Shown: in pieces, positions 25,122 to 34,068 of the stretch
Position numbering within the stretch: the first letter of the stretch is position 1
How the letters are laid out: every line of letters starts with the position of its first letter
Source: a virus
IMG/VR virus record: IMGVR_UViG_3300045988_016945
Span: 1-38,049 of that record
Length of the DNA stretch: 38,049 bases
Strand: one strand, 5' to 3'
The notes under the pieces: generated by a model
What the model was told of the DNA's origin: nothing
Databases searched by the model: none
The model's input: the letters and a program-made list of their open reading frames with translations, nothing else
Made by a program: the position numbers and the translations under genes

Positions 25122-25504
25122 GAGCTTACCTCTGCCAGCTTTGGATGTTCCCATGTATTTCCGATAATTTTCCTTGAGCTGGCAACATTGCATAAACGTT
25201 CGAAGTTGTTATACTCTACCAAATCACTAACGAACATCCCTAAACTTACTCTAAATTCAATTACGCCAGTAAGGAATCCGTCTGTCGAGTCAATAATGTC
25301 CCCCTCGAAGATTTCTCTATCGTTTTTGTCTCTCATTCCAGTTGATTGCATTAAAACGATATCGTCGAAATTGTAGCGGTTCGTCTGGTCGAAAAAGAGT
25401 GTTTTAACGCCAATTTCGCTTTTCCCAAAATCAATAGACATAATATCATCAACTTCGTACATTATTTTATGAATTTTATCCCATGCTCTATATCTTGGTA
25501 TCAT
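25118..25504 (-). CDS. YopX-family protein
   Basis: MIPRYRAWDK...LMQSTGMRDKNDREIFEGDII...IIGNTWEHPKL. Confidence 0.8.
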   Translation of the reverse strand: MIPRYRAWDKIHKIMYEVDDIMSIDFGKSEIGVKTLFFDQTNRYNFDDIVLMQSTGMRDKNDREIFEGDIIDSTDGFLTGVIEFRVSLGMFVSDLVEYNNFERLCNVASSRKIIGNTWEHPKLAEVSS

Positions 25505-25809
25505 TATCCTCGCCCCCTTAGATAGCTAGGGATATCATCCCCAACATTCACCGCATCGTACTGTTCCTTGCTGACAAGGAATTTTCCGTAAGCACCACAA
25601 TCAAGCGTGTAGAGCTTACCAACCATAGATTTTCCAGTTACCTTGCCATGCAGCTCAACGGCATTATCAGCTTTATGGATTACCACGGTCTCGATAGGTC
25701 GGTTAACCACTCGCAAGACAGTGGTCACGTTAATGGCTAGCGATACCACTAGCAGAATCGTTGCGACTGCCAGCTCGTTATAAATCCTCTTCTTTGACGA
25801 ATGTTCCAT
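25504..25809 (-). CDS. Hypothetical membrane-anchored protein, 101 aa
   Basis: One N-terminal TMD (LAVATILLVVSLAINVTTVL). RBS AAAGGAAAG. Confidence 0.7.
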   Translation of the reverse strand: MEHSSKKRIYNELAVATILLVVSLAINVTTVLRVVNRPIETVVIHKADNAVELHGKVTGKSMVGKLYTLDCGAYGKFLVSKEQYDAVNVGDDIPSYLRGRG

Positions 25810-26143
25810 TTACCATCTTTCCTTTCCGATTCTTAATTTCCTCGTATGCAATACCAAGGCACTCAGTAACATCGAGGTCTAATTGATGTGCTAGCACGAT
25901 AATTGTTACCAACGTGTCACCTATTGCGTCCTTAAGCGCTGCTTGCGGTTGCGTGAATTTAGTTGGTTTCAAGAGCACATCTCGAATTTCTCCGACTTCT
26001 TCCGTGATACGCATCCACTGAATCTTAGGGTCAGCTTGCTTCAAATTGCGTTTGTCAGCCCAATGGTTAATTTTATCGATAAGTGCTGGGATGCCGTCAT
26101 ACGTCGGTTCTTCAGGCTCTGCGATAAATACGACTCTTACCAT
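25778..26143 (-). CDS. MazG-like nucleotide pyrophosphohydrolase
   Basis: RITEEVGEIRD...AIGDTLVTIIVLAHQLDLD...AYEEIKNRKG. The start is ATG at 26143 (TGATG overlap, RBS AAGGAGG). Confidence 0.75.
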   Translation of the reverse strand: MVRVVFIAEPEEPTYDGIPALIDKINHWADKRNLKQADPKIQWMRITEEVGEIRDVLLKPTKFTQPQAALKDAIGDTLVTIIVLAHQLDLDVTECLGIAYEEIKNRKGKMVNGTFVKEEDL

Positions 26144-26646
26144 CACTCCACCTCCTTAACTTCCACGCCTTCACAAGAGAATACCCAGCCGAAGCCGTTC
26201 GCTTCAAGCTCTTTGCGGGTGTGTCTAACTCTAAAACCGTCAATTCTTTCATTTGATGCAAAAAACCATACTTGATTGTCTAAGTTTTGATTAAGGTGAG
26301 TAGTGTATCCATCAATCCCTTTTACTCGGACCGTGTAACGTTTTCTTCCCTCGACCTCATAGCCGAACTGGTGCATGTTGACGAGGGTTGTGAGTGCGTG
26401 GCTATCATCAGCCATCAACCAATCCGCAAATTCACCTAAATTGTCACCGGGATAGACATTCGAAATATTGTAGATATCGTTAAACAAATTCGTTTCAAAA
26501 TCCTCTTTGTTCTCCTCATACCAATCCGCCACGTATTGTGGTACGACTGGTTTAGGGAAGAAAGAGTCATATAGGTCTTCTGCATACGATACTGAAATGC
26601 GTGCTATCTTTGATAAATTCTGTATTTGTTCATCTTTATTCATCAT
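26143..26646 (-). CDS. Hypothetical protein (DUF1642-like from memory), 167 aa
   Basis: The start MMNKDEQ follows RBS GGAGG. It is translationally coupled on both sides. Confidence 0.7.
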   Translation of the reverse strand: MMNKDEQIQNLSKIARISVSYAEDLYDSFFPKPVVPQYVADWYEENKEDFETNLFNDIYNISNVYPGDNLGEFADWLMADDSHALTTLVNMHQFGYEVEGRKRYTVRVKGIDGYTTHLNQNLDNQVWFFASNERIDGFRVRHTRKELEANGFGWVFSCEGVEVKEVE

Positions 26647-26797
26647 CGCTAATTTCCTCCATCCAGACAGTTGCATCATCTACTGCCATGCTTAACTTCT
26701 TCAATGCTTCAATGTGTTTCAGTGCCTTGTCCTTATCTGTGAAATGACACTCTTTAACATCATCCATCGTGCGTGCTACTCTTACTATCCACCGCAT
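26636..26797 (-). CDS. Hypothetical protein, 53 aa
   Basis: The internal ATG at 26797 has RBS AAGGGAG. The longer tracked ORF overlaps the upstream gene. Confidence 0.55.
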   Translation of the reverse strand: MRWIVRVARTMDDVKECHFTDKDKALKHIEALKKLSMAVDDATVWMEEISDDE

Positions 26798-26810
26798 TCG
26801 ACCAACTCCC

Positions 26811-27041
26811 TTAATCAACATTTTTAAGTTTTGCAGGCACCCACATTTTAGGGTTGTAATTGATCTCATATTTGTATTTTGAAACATTCGGTACTTCAAC
26901 ATCTTCTACCACATAAGAGACATTATCTGACAAACCGATAATATGCTTTTGATATTTGTTCTTACCGTTTTCTACAACAATTTCAAGTTGTTTATCATGA
27001 GTATCAGCCTTGATGGACATCCTACCGCTCATTTGGAACAT
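26811..27041 (-). CDS. Hypothetical protein, 76 aa
   Basis: TAATG coupling to the upstream ORF. Confidence 0.6.
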   Translation of the reverse strand: MFQMSGRMSIKADTHDKQLEIVVENGKNKYQKHIIGLSDNVSYVVEDVEVPNVSKYKYEINYNPKMWVPAKLKNVD

Positions 27042-27259
27042 TACGTCATTAGTAATTCTTCATCCGGCAACTGCTCCAGTGTCAGAATGCGATTGAGCTT
27101 CTTTGCGTTGATTCCTAGCTTAGCACTGATAAATTCCATATCTTCGTGATTAGCCCAAAACCATCTTGAAAACTCTTGCGTTTGACCTAACACACTTGTA
27201 TGGTCGTAACTGCCTGGAGCATATACACCGACTAGCTTGTCTTTGTACTTGCTGTTCAT
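27041..27259 (-). CDS. Hypothetical protein, 72 aa
   Basis: ATGA coupling to the rusA stop. Confidence 0.6.
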   Translation of the reverse strand: MNSKYKDKLVGVYAPGSYDHTSVLGQTQEFSRWFWANHEDMEFISAKLGINAKKLNRILTLEQLPDEELLMT

Positions 27260-27717
27260 CCAAGCTCCTTGATTTCTAATTCAATGCGTGGGTTAGGGCT
27301 GTACTTCTTGCGAGCTCTTAAATCGCAAACGATACTGTCATCCGTCCACACGATACCCTTCTTGTCAACCTTGTTATATCCAGCGGTTGAGATGCTATCG
27401 AACAACGATTTGACAAGATTGTCAATATCGGGTTTTCTGGAATGCCAAAGTCTTTCATCCATGAATTTCTTGAATGTGTCCCACGTTTTAGCTCTAGCTT
27501 TTGGCGTGGGGTTTTTTGATACGTTCAGCGGGGCTTTCATGTAGAATGTGACATCAACCATAATCGGGCCGTCAAAGAATTGCCCATCATATTCTTGTTC
27601 GATAAGCTGCGAGCATTGACGCCGCCAAGCCTTCATTTTTGGGTCTTCATAGGTTCCAAACTTGCTGAATCGTGGCCTTGTTTGAGGTTTAGGCTCAATA
27701 TTTAAAGTCATTTTCAT
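27256..27717 (-). CDS. rusA: RusA-family Holliday junction resolvase
   Basis: PKPQTRPRF...VDVTFYMKAP...KPDIDNLVKSLFDSI...DDSIVCDL. Confidence 0.8.
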   Translation of the reverse strand: MKMTLNIEPKPQTRPRFSKFGTYEDPKMKAWRRQCSQLIEQEYDGQFFDGPIMVDVTFYMKAPLNVSKNPTPKARAKTWDTFKKFMDERLWHSRKPDIDNLVKSLFDSISTAGYNKVDKKGIVWTDDSIVCDLRARKKYSPNPRIELEIKELG

Positions 27718-27729
27718 GTTTTTACCCGA

Positions 27730-28197
27730 TTAGAATGGCAAATCGTCACTGCTGATGTCAATAGGGTTTGCGTTACCGAATGGGCTGCCACCTTGTGCAA
27801 ATCCTTGGTTTTGCGGTTGTGGTGCTTGCTGACCGTAAGGCCCTGCATAGCCGTTGCCATTGCCACCTTCACGCGCCGCTCGGCTTTCCAACATTTGAAA
27901 GTTCTCAGCGACAACCTCGGTTACATACACTCTTTGATCTTGCTGATTCTCGTAGCTACGGGTCTGAATGCGCCCAGTGATTCCAATCAATGCGCCTTTT
28001 TTAGCCCAGTTAGCCAAATTTTCAGCTTGCTGGCGCCAGATAACACAGTTAATAAAGTCTGTTTCACGCTCACCGTTAGCGTCTTTGAAGTTACGGTTAA
28101 CCGCAAGGCTGAATGTGGCTACTGCGATGTTACTGGTCGTGTATTTTAGCTCTGGGTCACGGGTTAGGCGACCAACAAGGCAGACCGAATTTAACAT
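27730..28197 (-). CDS. ssb: Single-stranded DNA-binding protein
   Basis: [20 protein letters not shown] is an OB fold, followed by a Gly/Gln-rich tail ending DDLPF. Confidence 0.95.
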   Translation of the reverse strand: MLNSVCLVGRLTRDPELKYTTSNIAVATFSLAVNRNFKDANGERETDFINCVIWRQQAENLANWAKKGALIGITGRIQTRSYENQQDQRVYVTEVVAENFQMLESRAAREGGNGNGYAGPYGQQAPQPQNQGFAQGGSPFGNANPIDISSDDLPF

Positions 28198-28212
28198 AGT
28201 TTCTCTCCTTTT

Positions 28213-29049
28213 CTACTCACGATTTAAGAAATCGTCCAATGTTAGAACCTCATGTAGCTTTTTCTGTGACTTGCAATAATCGCAGTGCCCACACTTCTTA
28301 GGTTCTTCGTTTCCAAGCGATACTTGGTACACTCTAGGGGCGTGCTCTGTGATGTATTTAAGCCCTTCGTCCAGCCATTCTTCAGTCAACTCGATAATTT
28401 CCTTATCTGGCTGCTTCTCTTTCGATACGGCCACGATAAACGGCTTGAATGTTGGATAATCCATTTGTCGTAACAACTCTAAATAAGTCCCTAGTTGGAC
28501 ATGGTATTGAAACCCTAGAATGTTATTAACTGCCGTTGGTACTTTGGCCCGCAATTCCTCTGACCATTCCTTGGCCCAGATAGATTTCATGGTTTTTAAA
28601 TCGACCACATAGCCTTTTGAAAAATTGATACTATCCAATTTGCCCTTGAATGGCACTCCAGCGATGAAACCAGTAACAATCTTTTCTTTTTCGACTTTGT
28701 CACCTTTCTTGCCGTGGTATAAGTTATTGAAAAGCGTGTCATCCTTGAGCGTGTCGATAACTTTCTCAGCAAGTTTGAAATCCGCTAGCAATCCATAAGG
28801 CTTGCGACTAGAGAACAACGCTTTTTTGTTGTCTTCTTTGAATTTTTCGTGAGCTTCTTCACTTTCAAAGTAGCTATGAACATAGTTCCCAAATAGTAGA
28901 GGTTTTTGATCTCGTTCATCATCCCAAACACCATCGTCGATAGCTTTAGCTCTAGCCTCGCATTTCACGTATTCCTTGAAACGACTTACAGACATATAGG
29001 TTTTGTCAGAATAATAATTATCATCCGTCAAGATTGTTAGTTCAGTCAT
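28213..29049 (-). CDS. PD-(D/E)XK-family exonuclease with C-terminal Cys cluster (Cas4/RecB-like)
   Basis: GYVVDLKT motif and C-terminal CGHCDYC. It is adjacent to recT. Confidence 0.65.
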   Translation of the reverse strand: MTELTILTDDNYYSDKTYMSVSRFKEYVKCEARAKAIDDGVWDDERDQKPLLFGNYVHSYFESEEAHEKFKEDNKKALFSSRKPYGLLADFKLAEKVIDTLKDDTLFNNLYHGKKGDKVEKEKIVTGFIAGVPFKGKLDSINFSKGYVVDLKTMKSIWAKEWSEELRAKVPTAVNNILGFQYHVQLGTYLELLRQMDYPTFKPFIVAVSKEKQPDKEIIELTEEWLDEGLKYITEHAPRVYQVSLGNEEPKKCGHCDYCKSQKKLHEVLTLDDFLNRE

Positions 29050-29875
29050 TTTCTACCTCCTTGATTTTGGTTGAATCACCTTCAAACAAGCTGACTTCTT
29101 CGACGATTTCACCGGTCTCAGAATCTACACTTTTTTCTGTTTCAGATTCAGCTTCATCGCTCATGAGGTCGCCTAAAAGTGTTTGGGTGTCCTCGTTTTT
29201 TGGTGTAACATCGATAGGATCAGATTTAACTTCTTCAGTTTGATTATCCGAGATAAGCCCTTCTTGCATTTCAGTTGAAAGTGGGGCATATTTGCTCAAA
29301 ATGCTCTTGAGTACGGTTTTTTGAGCCATAGCGTCAAAATCTGTTGACCAAGGCCCTCTTGCATAGGTCTTCGAAAAGCGTTTACCGTGTGATTCTGCTT
29401 GTTCTTTCGTCCAGAATGTCAGCTTTTTAAAGCCATTTACAAGCTCGAAAGTTGCAAAGTAGCCATAAACTTCGTCTTCTGGTTGGGTAAAATCAATGTC
29501 CAACGTTTCAAATAATGGGTCGTATGATTTGAATTGCGCTTTGTAGACCTTGCCAGAATTGATGGCCTTAAACTGACCAGAGCGGATAGCTAGCTGGATA
29601 AGTCCTTTGTAGCCTAATTGAAATTGTGCATCTTGCTTGTATGGCACGATGTAAGCAAAGCCCAAACTTGGCTCAATAGGTAGATTCAATACCGCTGCTT
29701 TCATTGCTGCCGTCATAATCGAAGTGTTACTTGCTCTTGCCAGTAAGTTGTTGTTGTTAACGATTGACAGTAGACTGGCCGTAAATTGTCGTTCATTGCC
29801 ATTCAACACCTCTTGAAATTTCTGTTTGACTGCTGGTGTGTTAAAAAAATCTTTGTGTGCAAGTTGATTTGTCAT
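29042..29875 (-). CDS. recT: RecT-family single-strand annealing protein
   Basis: SIMTAAMKAAVLNLPIEPSLGFAYIVPY...FQLGYKGLIQLAIRSGQ. Confidence 0.9.
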   Translation of the reverse strand: MTNQLAHKDFFNTPAVKQKFQEVLNGNERQFTASLLSIVNNNNLLARASNTSIMTAAMKAAVLNLPIEPSLGFAYIVPYKQDAQFQLGYKGLIQLAIRSGQFKAINSGKVYKAQFKSYDPLFETLDIDFTQPEDEVYGYFATFELVNGFKKLTFWTKEQAESHGKRFSKTYARGPWSTDFDAMAQKTVLKSILSKYAPLSTEMQEGLISDNQTEEVKSDPIDVTPKNEDTQTLLGDLMSDEAESETEKSVDSETGEIVEEVSLFEGDSTKIKEVEND

Positions 29876-29985
29876 GTTTTGTCTTCCTTTTTGTTTTGAA
29901 TACCCTTTTTTCGCATTTTAAGGGTGCATAGTGCAATTTTAACGGTGTCGTAGTCTATTTATACCACCGAGTAAAACACACGCCT

Positions 29986-29999
29986 TAAAATCGATTTTA
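29986..29999. promoter_or_regulatory. Perfect 14-bp palindrome TAAAATCGATTTTA upstream of the recT operon
   Basis: Read directly from the sequence. Related GCA(A)TTTTAA(G/C)GG copies lie at 29912-29923 and 29932-29944. A minus-strand TGGTATAAA box is at 29958-29966. Confidence 0.35.
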
Positions 30000-30009
30000 G
30001 AGGTGTTTT

Positions 30010-30192
30010 CTAGTGTGCGCTAAAAATCTGCGTTGATTTCTTAGCGAAATACATATATTCGTTAATTTTCTCGATGAACGAATACAAATCTAAATCATCC
30101 ATCATTTTCTGTTTGTGCTCTTGTGAGAATACAAGGCCGTGAATGCGCTCGTAGTCTTCAAAGAGCTTTAGTTTTACTTCAATCTCTGTCAA
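30010..30192 (-). CDS. Hypothetical protein, 60 aa
   Basis: ATGA coupling with the loader gene stop. Confidence 0.55.
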   Translation of the reverse strand: MTEIEVKLKLFEDYERIHGLVFSQEHKQKMMDDLDLYSFIEKINEYMYFAKKSTQIFSAH

Positions 30193-30971
30193 AGCATCAT
30201 CCTCTTGTCTTGTTGCGTTTTAAACTGGTAAACGTGCTCGTTCGTGGTTCCAAGTCCTGTCTTTTTGAATATCCTCGAATACACACGCTTGCCATAAGTA
30301 CCCATGACATCCCGTGGGCTTAAGTTGGTTGTGATAATAGTCTTGGTACGCTTGTTCAAAATACTGTACAAGATGCCATTAGACCACTCTGTCACTTTTT
30401 CGGTTCCCAAATCATCGAGCACTAGCCATTCAGCTTCAGATATACGTCGGATATACTCAGCTTCGAGACTGAAATCCTCTTTGATTTTGGCTAATAGGTC
30501 AACCACATTGATGAATAGCCCCATCTTTTTCGTGTGATCAGACAATTCCTTAAGTGCTGAATAAGCTAGATGACTCTTGCCCACGCCAGTATCACCAATC
30601 AAAACAATGTTGTAGTCTTGACCGTCAAGATAGCCTTTGAGCTGGCTTCTAACGTTTTTCAAGTCCTCTTTTTGCTCTCTGGTAACTGCCTTGTAATTAT
30701 CGAAGCTAGCATTTTTCAAGTCATCATCCAGTAAGCTGAAATCTTTGAGGAAGTATAAGCGTTTTTGTTCTTGCTCACGCTCATACTGCTCTTGTGCCTT
30801 GGTGGCATTCAACCGCTCTTGTTCTTCCCTATGGCACAGCTCACACACTGTGTAGGGTTTTGAGTTCGGAAACTGAATCGTGACATAGTGCCTCTGGTGC
30901 TTGTCGCAGTATTTATCGCTAGGCTTCATGTATTGCCTTCGCATTTGCTTGGCAGTGCTTTCTAAACTCAT
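30189..30971 (-). CDS. DnaC/IstB-like AAA+ helicase loader
   Basis: Walker A GDTGVGKSH, Walker B LVLDDLGTE and an N-terminal Cys pairs zinc motif. The ATG at 30971 with RBS GAGGTG is preferred over the tracked GTG. Confidence 0.8.
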   Translation of the reverse strand: MSLESTAKQMRRQYMKPSDKYCDKHQRHYVTIQFPNSKPYTVCELCHREEQERLNATKAQEQYEREQEQKRLYFLKDFSLLDDDLKNASFDNYKAVTREQKEDLKNVRSQLKGYLDGQDYNIVLIGDTGVGKSHLAYSALKELSDHTKKMGLFINVVDLLAKIKEDFSLEAEYIRRISEAEWLVLDDLGTEKVTEWSNGILYSILNKRTKTIITTNLSPRDVMGTYGKRVYSRIFKKTGLGTTNEHVYQFKTQQDKRMML

Positions 30972-30982
30972 AGACTTCACCT

Positions 30983-31762
30983 CTAGTATTTGCTACAAGC
31001 TGGGCCAAATTTAACTGGTTGGTCGTCAAAACTTTTACGACTGTCAAATTGACGTTGTTCTTCATCTTGCTGGGCAACAGTACGAATCCCGTTTTGTGCC
31101 CAAGTTTTTAAGATAGAGTTGACATATCCAAATGAGCGTTTTGAGTTATCAGCGGCTCTATCTATGGCACGTTTGACCAACATGATTTCTAACTTATCGA
31201 AATCGATATAGCCTTTTAGTTTTTCCATTTGGTATCCGTCAATAGGTCCGATTCGTTCTTGATAATGTCTAAAAATATTAAAATCTGTTTGGTCATCAGC
31301 AGCAGAAGAAGAAAATTGACTAATTTCTGATGTTTCATCCTCTCTACTGTTAGATTTACTTAAATTAGATTTACTTATATTATCTTTACTTATATTGGGT
31401 AAACCAGTGGTTGCCGTTTGGTTTACCAGTGGTTTACCAGTGGTTTCATCGGTAGTTTCGTCTAGCAATTCTTTGTAAATGCTAGGTATATATCTGTCTT
31501 TTCTGACAGTGTTTTGTTCGTGGAAATCGACCACAAAATAAACCATTTCATCATTAAGAGGTTTTACAAATTGTTTGATCACTAGAAGCCCTAAGTTATC
31601 CTCGTTAGCTCCTATCATTCGTAGAATTGGGAATGCTTCCACCACTCCATCGTCATCGCAATTTTGGATGAGGTGAAAATAAAGAGCTTGTGCTTCTAGG
31701 GGCAATCGTAAGAATCGATGCGTTTGGGTAACGGTTTTGCTTATCATTCTACGGTTTCCCAT
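30983..31762 (-). CDS. Replisome organizer (N-terminal phage replisome-organizer domain plus C-terminal DnaD-like domain)
   Basis: HRFLRLPLEAQALYFHLIQNCDDDGV at the N-terminus and FGYVNSILKTWAQNGIRT at the C-terminus. The linker contains repeats. Confidence 0.8.
   Translation of the reverse strand: MGNRRMISKTVTQTHRFLRLPLEAQALYFHLIQNCDDDGVVEAFPILRMIGANEDNLGLLVIKQFVKPLNDEMVYFVVDFHEQNTVRKDRYIPSIYKELLDETTDETTGKPLVNQTATTGLPNISKDNISKSNLSKSNSREDETSEISQFSSSAADDQTDFNIFRHYQERIGPIDGYQMEKLKGYIDFDKLEIMLVKRAIDRAADNSKRSFGYVNSILKTWAQNGIRTVAQQDEEQRQFDSRKSFDDQPVKFGPACSKY
31351..31441. repeat. Putative replication origin iterons inside the organizer gene
   Basis: TA(G/T)(A/C)TTTACTTA occurs three times with a 15-bp period (31351, 31366, 31381). 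GGTTTACCAGT occurs twice in tandem (31420, 31431), with a variant at 31398-31410. Confidence 0.55.
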
Positions 31763-31843
31763 TTTTACCTCCTGCGTAATAGTATTTCTGATTATCTGCC
31801 ATATTTAATGCCTACCCTCCCACCACTTCAATTATTTAATTAA

Positions 31844-33553
31844 TTATTCTTCCTCGCCTTCGTTGTATTTCTTAAAGCTCAATCCCAAAGTTGTGATGCC
31901 TGCTGCGATAACCAAGAGACCAAGAGTTGACATGATGCCCTCTTTCTCGCCAGTATGTGGGAGAACACCGCCGTAAACCGTCGTATTTGCCACCTCTTGT
32001 GGCTCAGAATCGTTTTTATATACGACCTCGGTAATTTCTACCTCTTTTGTCTTTGGAGCGTCTACGGGCTTGTTAGAAACCTTTTTAGGCTCTACTGGGA
32101 TTTCAAGCTCTGGCAAATCGAGGATAGGTGCGTCATTTGGAATCACACCGCCGTCAAATGGTGGGAGTTCACGGACTTCTGGGATTCCAGGAATGCCGCC
32201 TTGGAACTCAGGTTTTTCATATTTCGGAGCGTCGTTTGGAACCGTACCGATAGGTTCGGTATACTCCGGAAGTTCACGGACTTCGGGAATGCCAGGGATA
32301 CCACCCTTAAATTCCGGTTTCTCGTATTTAGGGGCATCGTTTGGCACCTCGTAAGTTGGTTCTGGTTTGTTTTCGCCGGACGCATCACCACGTCCACCGA
32401 CAAGTTGAATCTTCGTATATGAAACAGCACCGTCTGATTCAGCCTTGAGTTCAATCTTGTTAGTAGGATTGGTTGAGCCCTTAACAGCGTTTACAAGCTT
32501 AGTCTTGTAGTACAAGTAAACCATTCGGTCTAGTCTATCCATTTTGATTTCAAATCCATGATCAGATTTTGAGATAGACTTAACTAAGTCCATAGCTGAA
32601 CCTTTGTCAATCCAAGGATCTAAACTTTCAATGTTCTTAATTTCAAAGTAATCATCAACTAACTTTTGATTATCGCTCATGGTATCAATGATTGATACAT
32701 AGTTTAGTACACGTTTGGCATAGTTAACACGGGCTGTCCAATTAATCACAGTAGGGTCTTCTTTGTCTTGGAATCCCCATTTAGCAATAAGCTCATCCTT
32801 GCCAATAACTCCCTCTTCACCTACATTAGCCGTTACCACAGTACCGTTAAAGTTGACATTTACTGGCTTGCCAGATACAACTTTATCTGTCCAACTTGCA
32901 TCTAGTTTCAAGTTCATGATCTTATTCAAAGGGTGTGATTTGAAATAGCCATTGAATACAGTTGTCACCTTGTTAGTGGTAGCATCCGCTGTAGCTTTCC
33001 CAACCACTGCTTTATCTGGATTGTGCACATCGAACTCGTAAGAGGTTTGGAATTTCACTTCTTCGGGCAAGTCAAAAGTAACTTTGTCCCCCTCATTCAC
33101 CGGAACATCATCCGGGATTTTAATGTCTTTATACTCAACCTCGAACGGGCTATACTTTCCGTTACCGTTCGGGAAAGTAACCTCAACGTTTGGGTTTTCA
33201 ACGTTGATTGTGTCGCCCGTTTTAGTCACTGTAGTAGGTGCTGCTGGTGTTTCCACTACTGGTTGAGCTACTTCTGTAGTTGTTGCTGGTGCTGATTCGG
33301 TAGCAACCGCTGGTGTTTCTACTGGTGCCACCGTTTCGCTAGGTGTTACTGTCACGTTGCCAGCATTGTCAGCCGTATAGACATTAGACACCGCCGGTTG
33401 AGCGTCAACTACTGGCTGTGTTGTTTCATCCGCTGATACTGACCCAGCTCCAATCAATAGAGCTGTAGCAATGGCAAGTGTGCCACACAAGCCAAATGCT
33501 TTAGTTTTTACGTAGCTAGGTTTTGAAGTTGTTTGAGTATTGAAGTTAGACAT
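31844..33553 (-). CDS. LPXTG cell-wall-anchored surface protein (adhesin-like), 569 aa
   Basis: Signal peptide ...LLIGAGSVSADE, a beta-rich A-domain, Pro-rich repeats, then LPHTG plus a hydrophobic helix and KKYNEGEEE. RBS AAGGAGA. Confidence 0.9.
   Translation of the reverse strand: MSNFNTQTTSKPSYVKTKAFGLCGTLAIATALLIGAGSVSADETTQPVVDAQPAVSNVYTADNAGNVTVTPSETVAPVETPAVATESAPATTTEVAQPVVETPAAPTTVTKTGDTINVENPNVEVTFPNGNGKYSPFEVEYKDIKIPDDVPVNEGDKVTFDLPEEVKFQTSYEFDVHNPDKAVVGKATADATTNKVTTVFNGYFKSHPLNKIMNLKLDASWTDKVVSGKPVNVNFNGTVVTANVGEEGVIGKDELIAKWGFQDKEDPTVINWTARVNYAKRVLNYVSIIDTMSDNQKLVDDYFEIKNIESLDPWIDKGSAMDLVKSISKSDHGFEIKMDRLDRMVYLYYKTKLVNAVKGSTNPTNKIELKAESDGAVSYTKIQLVGGRGDASGENKPEPTYEVPNDAPKYEKPEFKGGIPGIPEVRELPEYTEPIGTVPNDAPKYEKPEFQGGIPGIPEVRELPPFDGGVIPNDAPILDLPELEIPVEPKKVSNKPVDAPKTKEVEITEVVYKNDSEPQEVANTTVYGGVLPHTGEKEGIMSTLGLLVIAAGITTLGLSFKKYNEGEEE
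32114..32347 (-). repeat. In-frame tandem repeats in the LPXTG gene (VPNDAPKYEKPEF(K/Q)GGIPGIPEVRELP, 2.5 copies)
   Basis: The repeats are seen at residues about 403-480 of the ORF translation. Confidence 0.8.
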
Positions 33554-33585
33554 GATATAATCTCCTTGGTAATTAATTTATCTAG

Positions 33586-33610
33586 CACGGGCCCTTACCC
33601 GTGTTTTTTT
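33586..33610 (+). terminator. Plus-strand hairpin plus T7 at the 5' end of the LPXTG gene
   Basis: Plus strand CACGGG-ccctta-CCCGTG followed by TTTTTTT. On the minus strand the same hairpin lies about 20 nt upstream of the LPXTG RBS, preceded by A7. Confidence 0.45.
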
Positions 33611-33780
33611 GTGCCTTCAACGTGCACCCATAGCCCCACCGTGTCATGTTTTTCAATGTTTTATTAGACTTTTTGGGGAAGATTAGGAAAAAAGTAATTT
33701 AGTAAAGTTTTTTGGGGAAAAATTATGGGTATAAGTTACACTCCACGGCAGGGCCGTGGCTGCACGCTGAAAGATTGACG

Positions 33781-33900
33781 TTAGTTTGTATATTTCTGCT
33801 CGAGCCTTTTGCTCTTTTCCTCTGGGGTTTCGACCACCTCGAAAAAGCATTCTGGCTCTTTCGGTTTCTTCTTGGAAAAAAGTTTTCTTAGTAGCTTCAT
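33781..33900 (-). CDS. Hypothetical small protein, 39 aa
   Basis: MKLLRKLFSKKKPKEPECFFEVVETPEEKSKRLEQKYTN. The RBS (GGGG) is weak. It lies below the ORF-track cutoff. Confidence 0.4.
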   Translation of the reverse strand: MKLLRKLFSKKKPKEPECFFEVVETPEEKSKRLEQKYTN

Positions 33901-33903
33901 GAG

Positions 33904-34050
33904 TTACCCCACTAACTGATCTAATGGCAATCCGTGGTCAGCGTTAAACTCTCGGACCTTTTCATCAATCATTCGATGTGGACGAACTTCAAATACTTCC
34001 ACTCGCTCGTTTTGTTTTTTAGACCAAATCCAATTAATAAGTTTTTTCAT
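33904..34050 (-). CDS. Hypothetical small protein, 48 aa
   Basis: Strong RBS AAAAGGAGAAG 5 nt upstream. MKKLINWIWSKKQNERVEVFEVRPHRMIDEKVREFNADHGLPLDQLVG. Confidence 0.55.
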   Translation of the reverse strand: MKKLINWIWSKKQNERVEVFEVRPHRMIDEKVREFNADHGLPLDQLVG

Positions 34051-34068
34051 TTTGCTTCTCCTTTTTGA

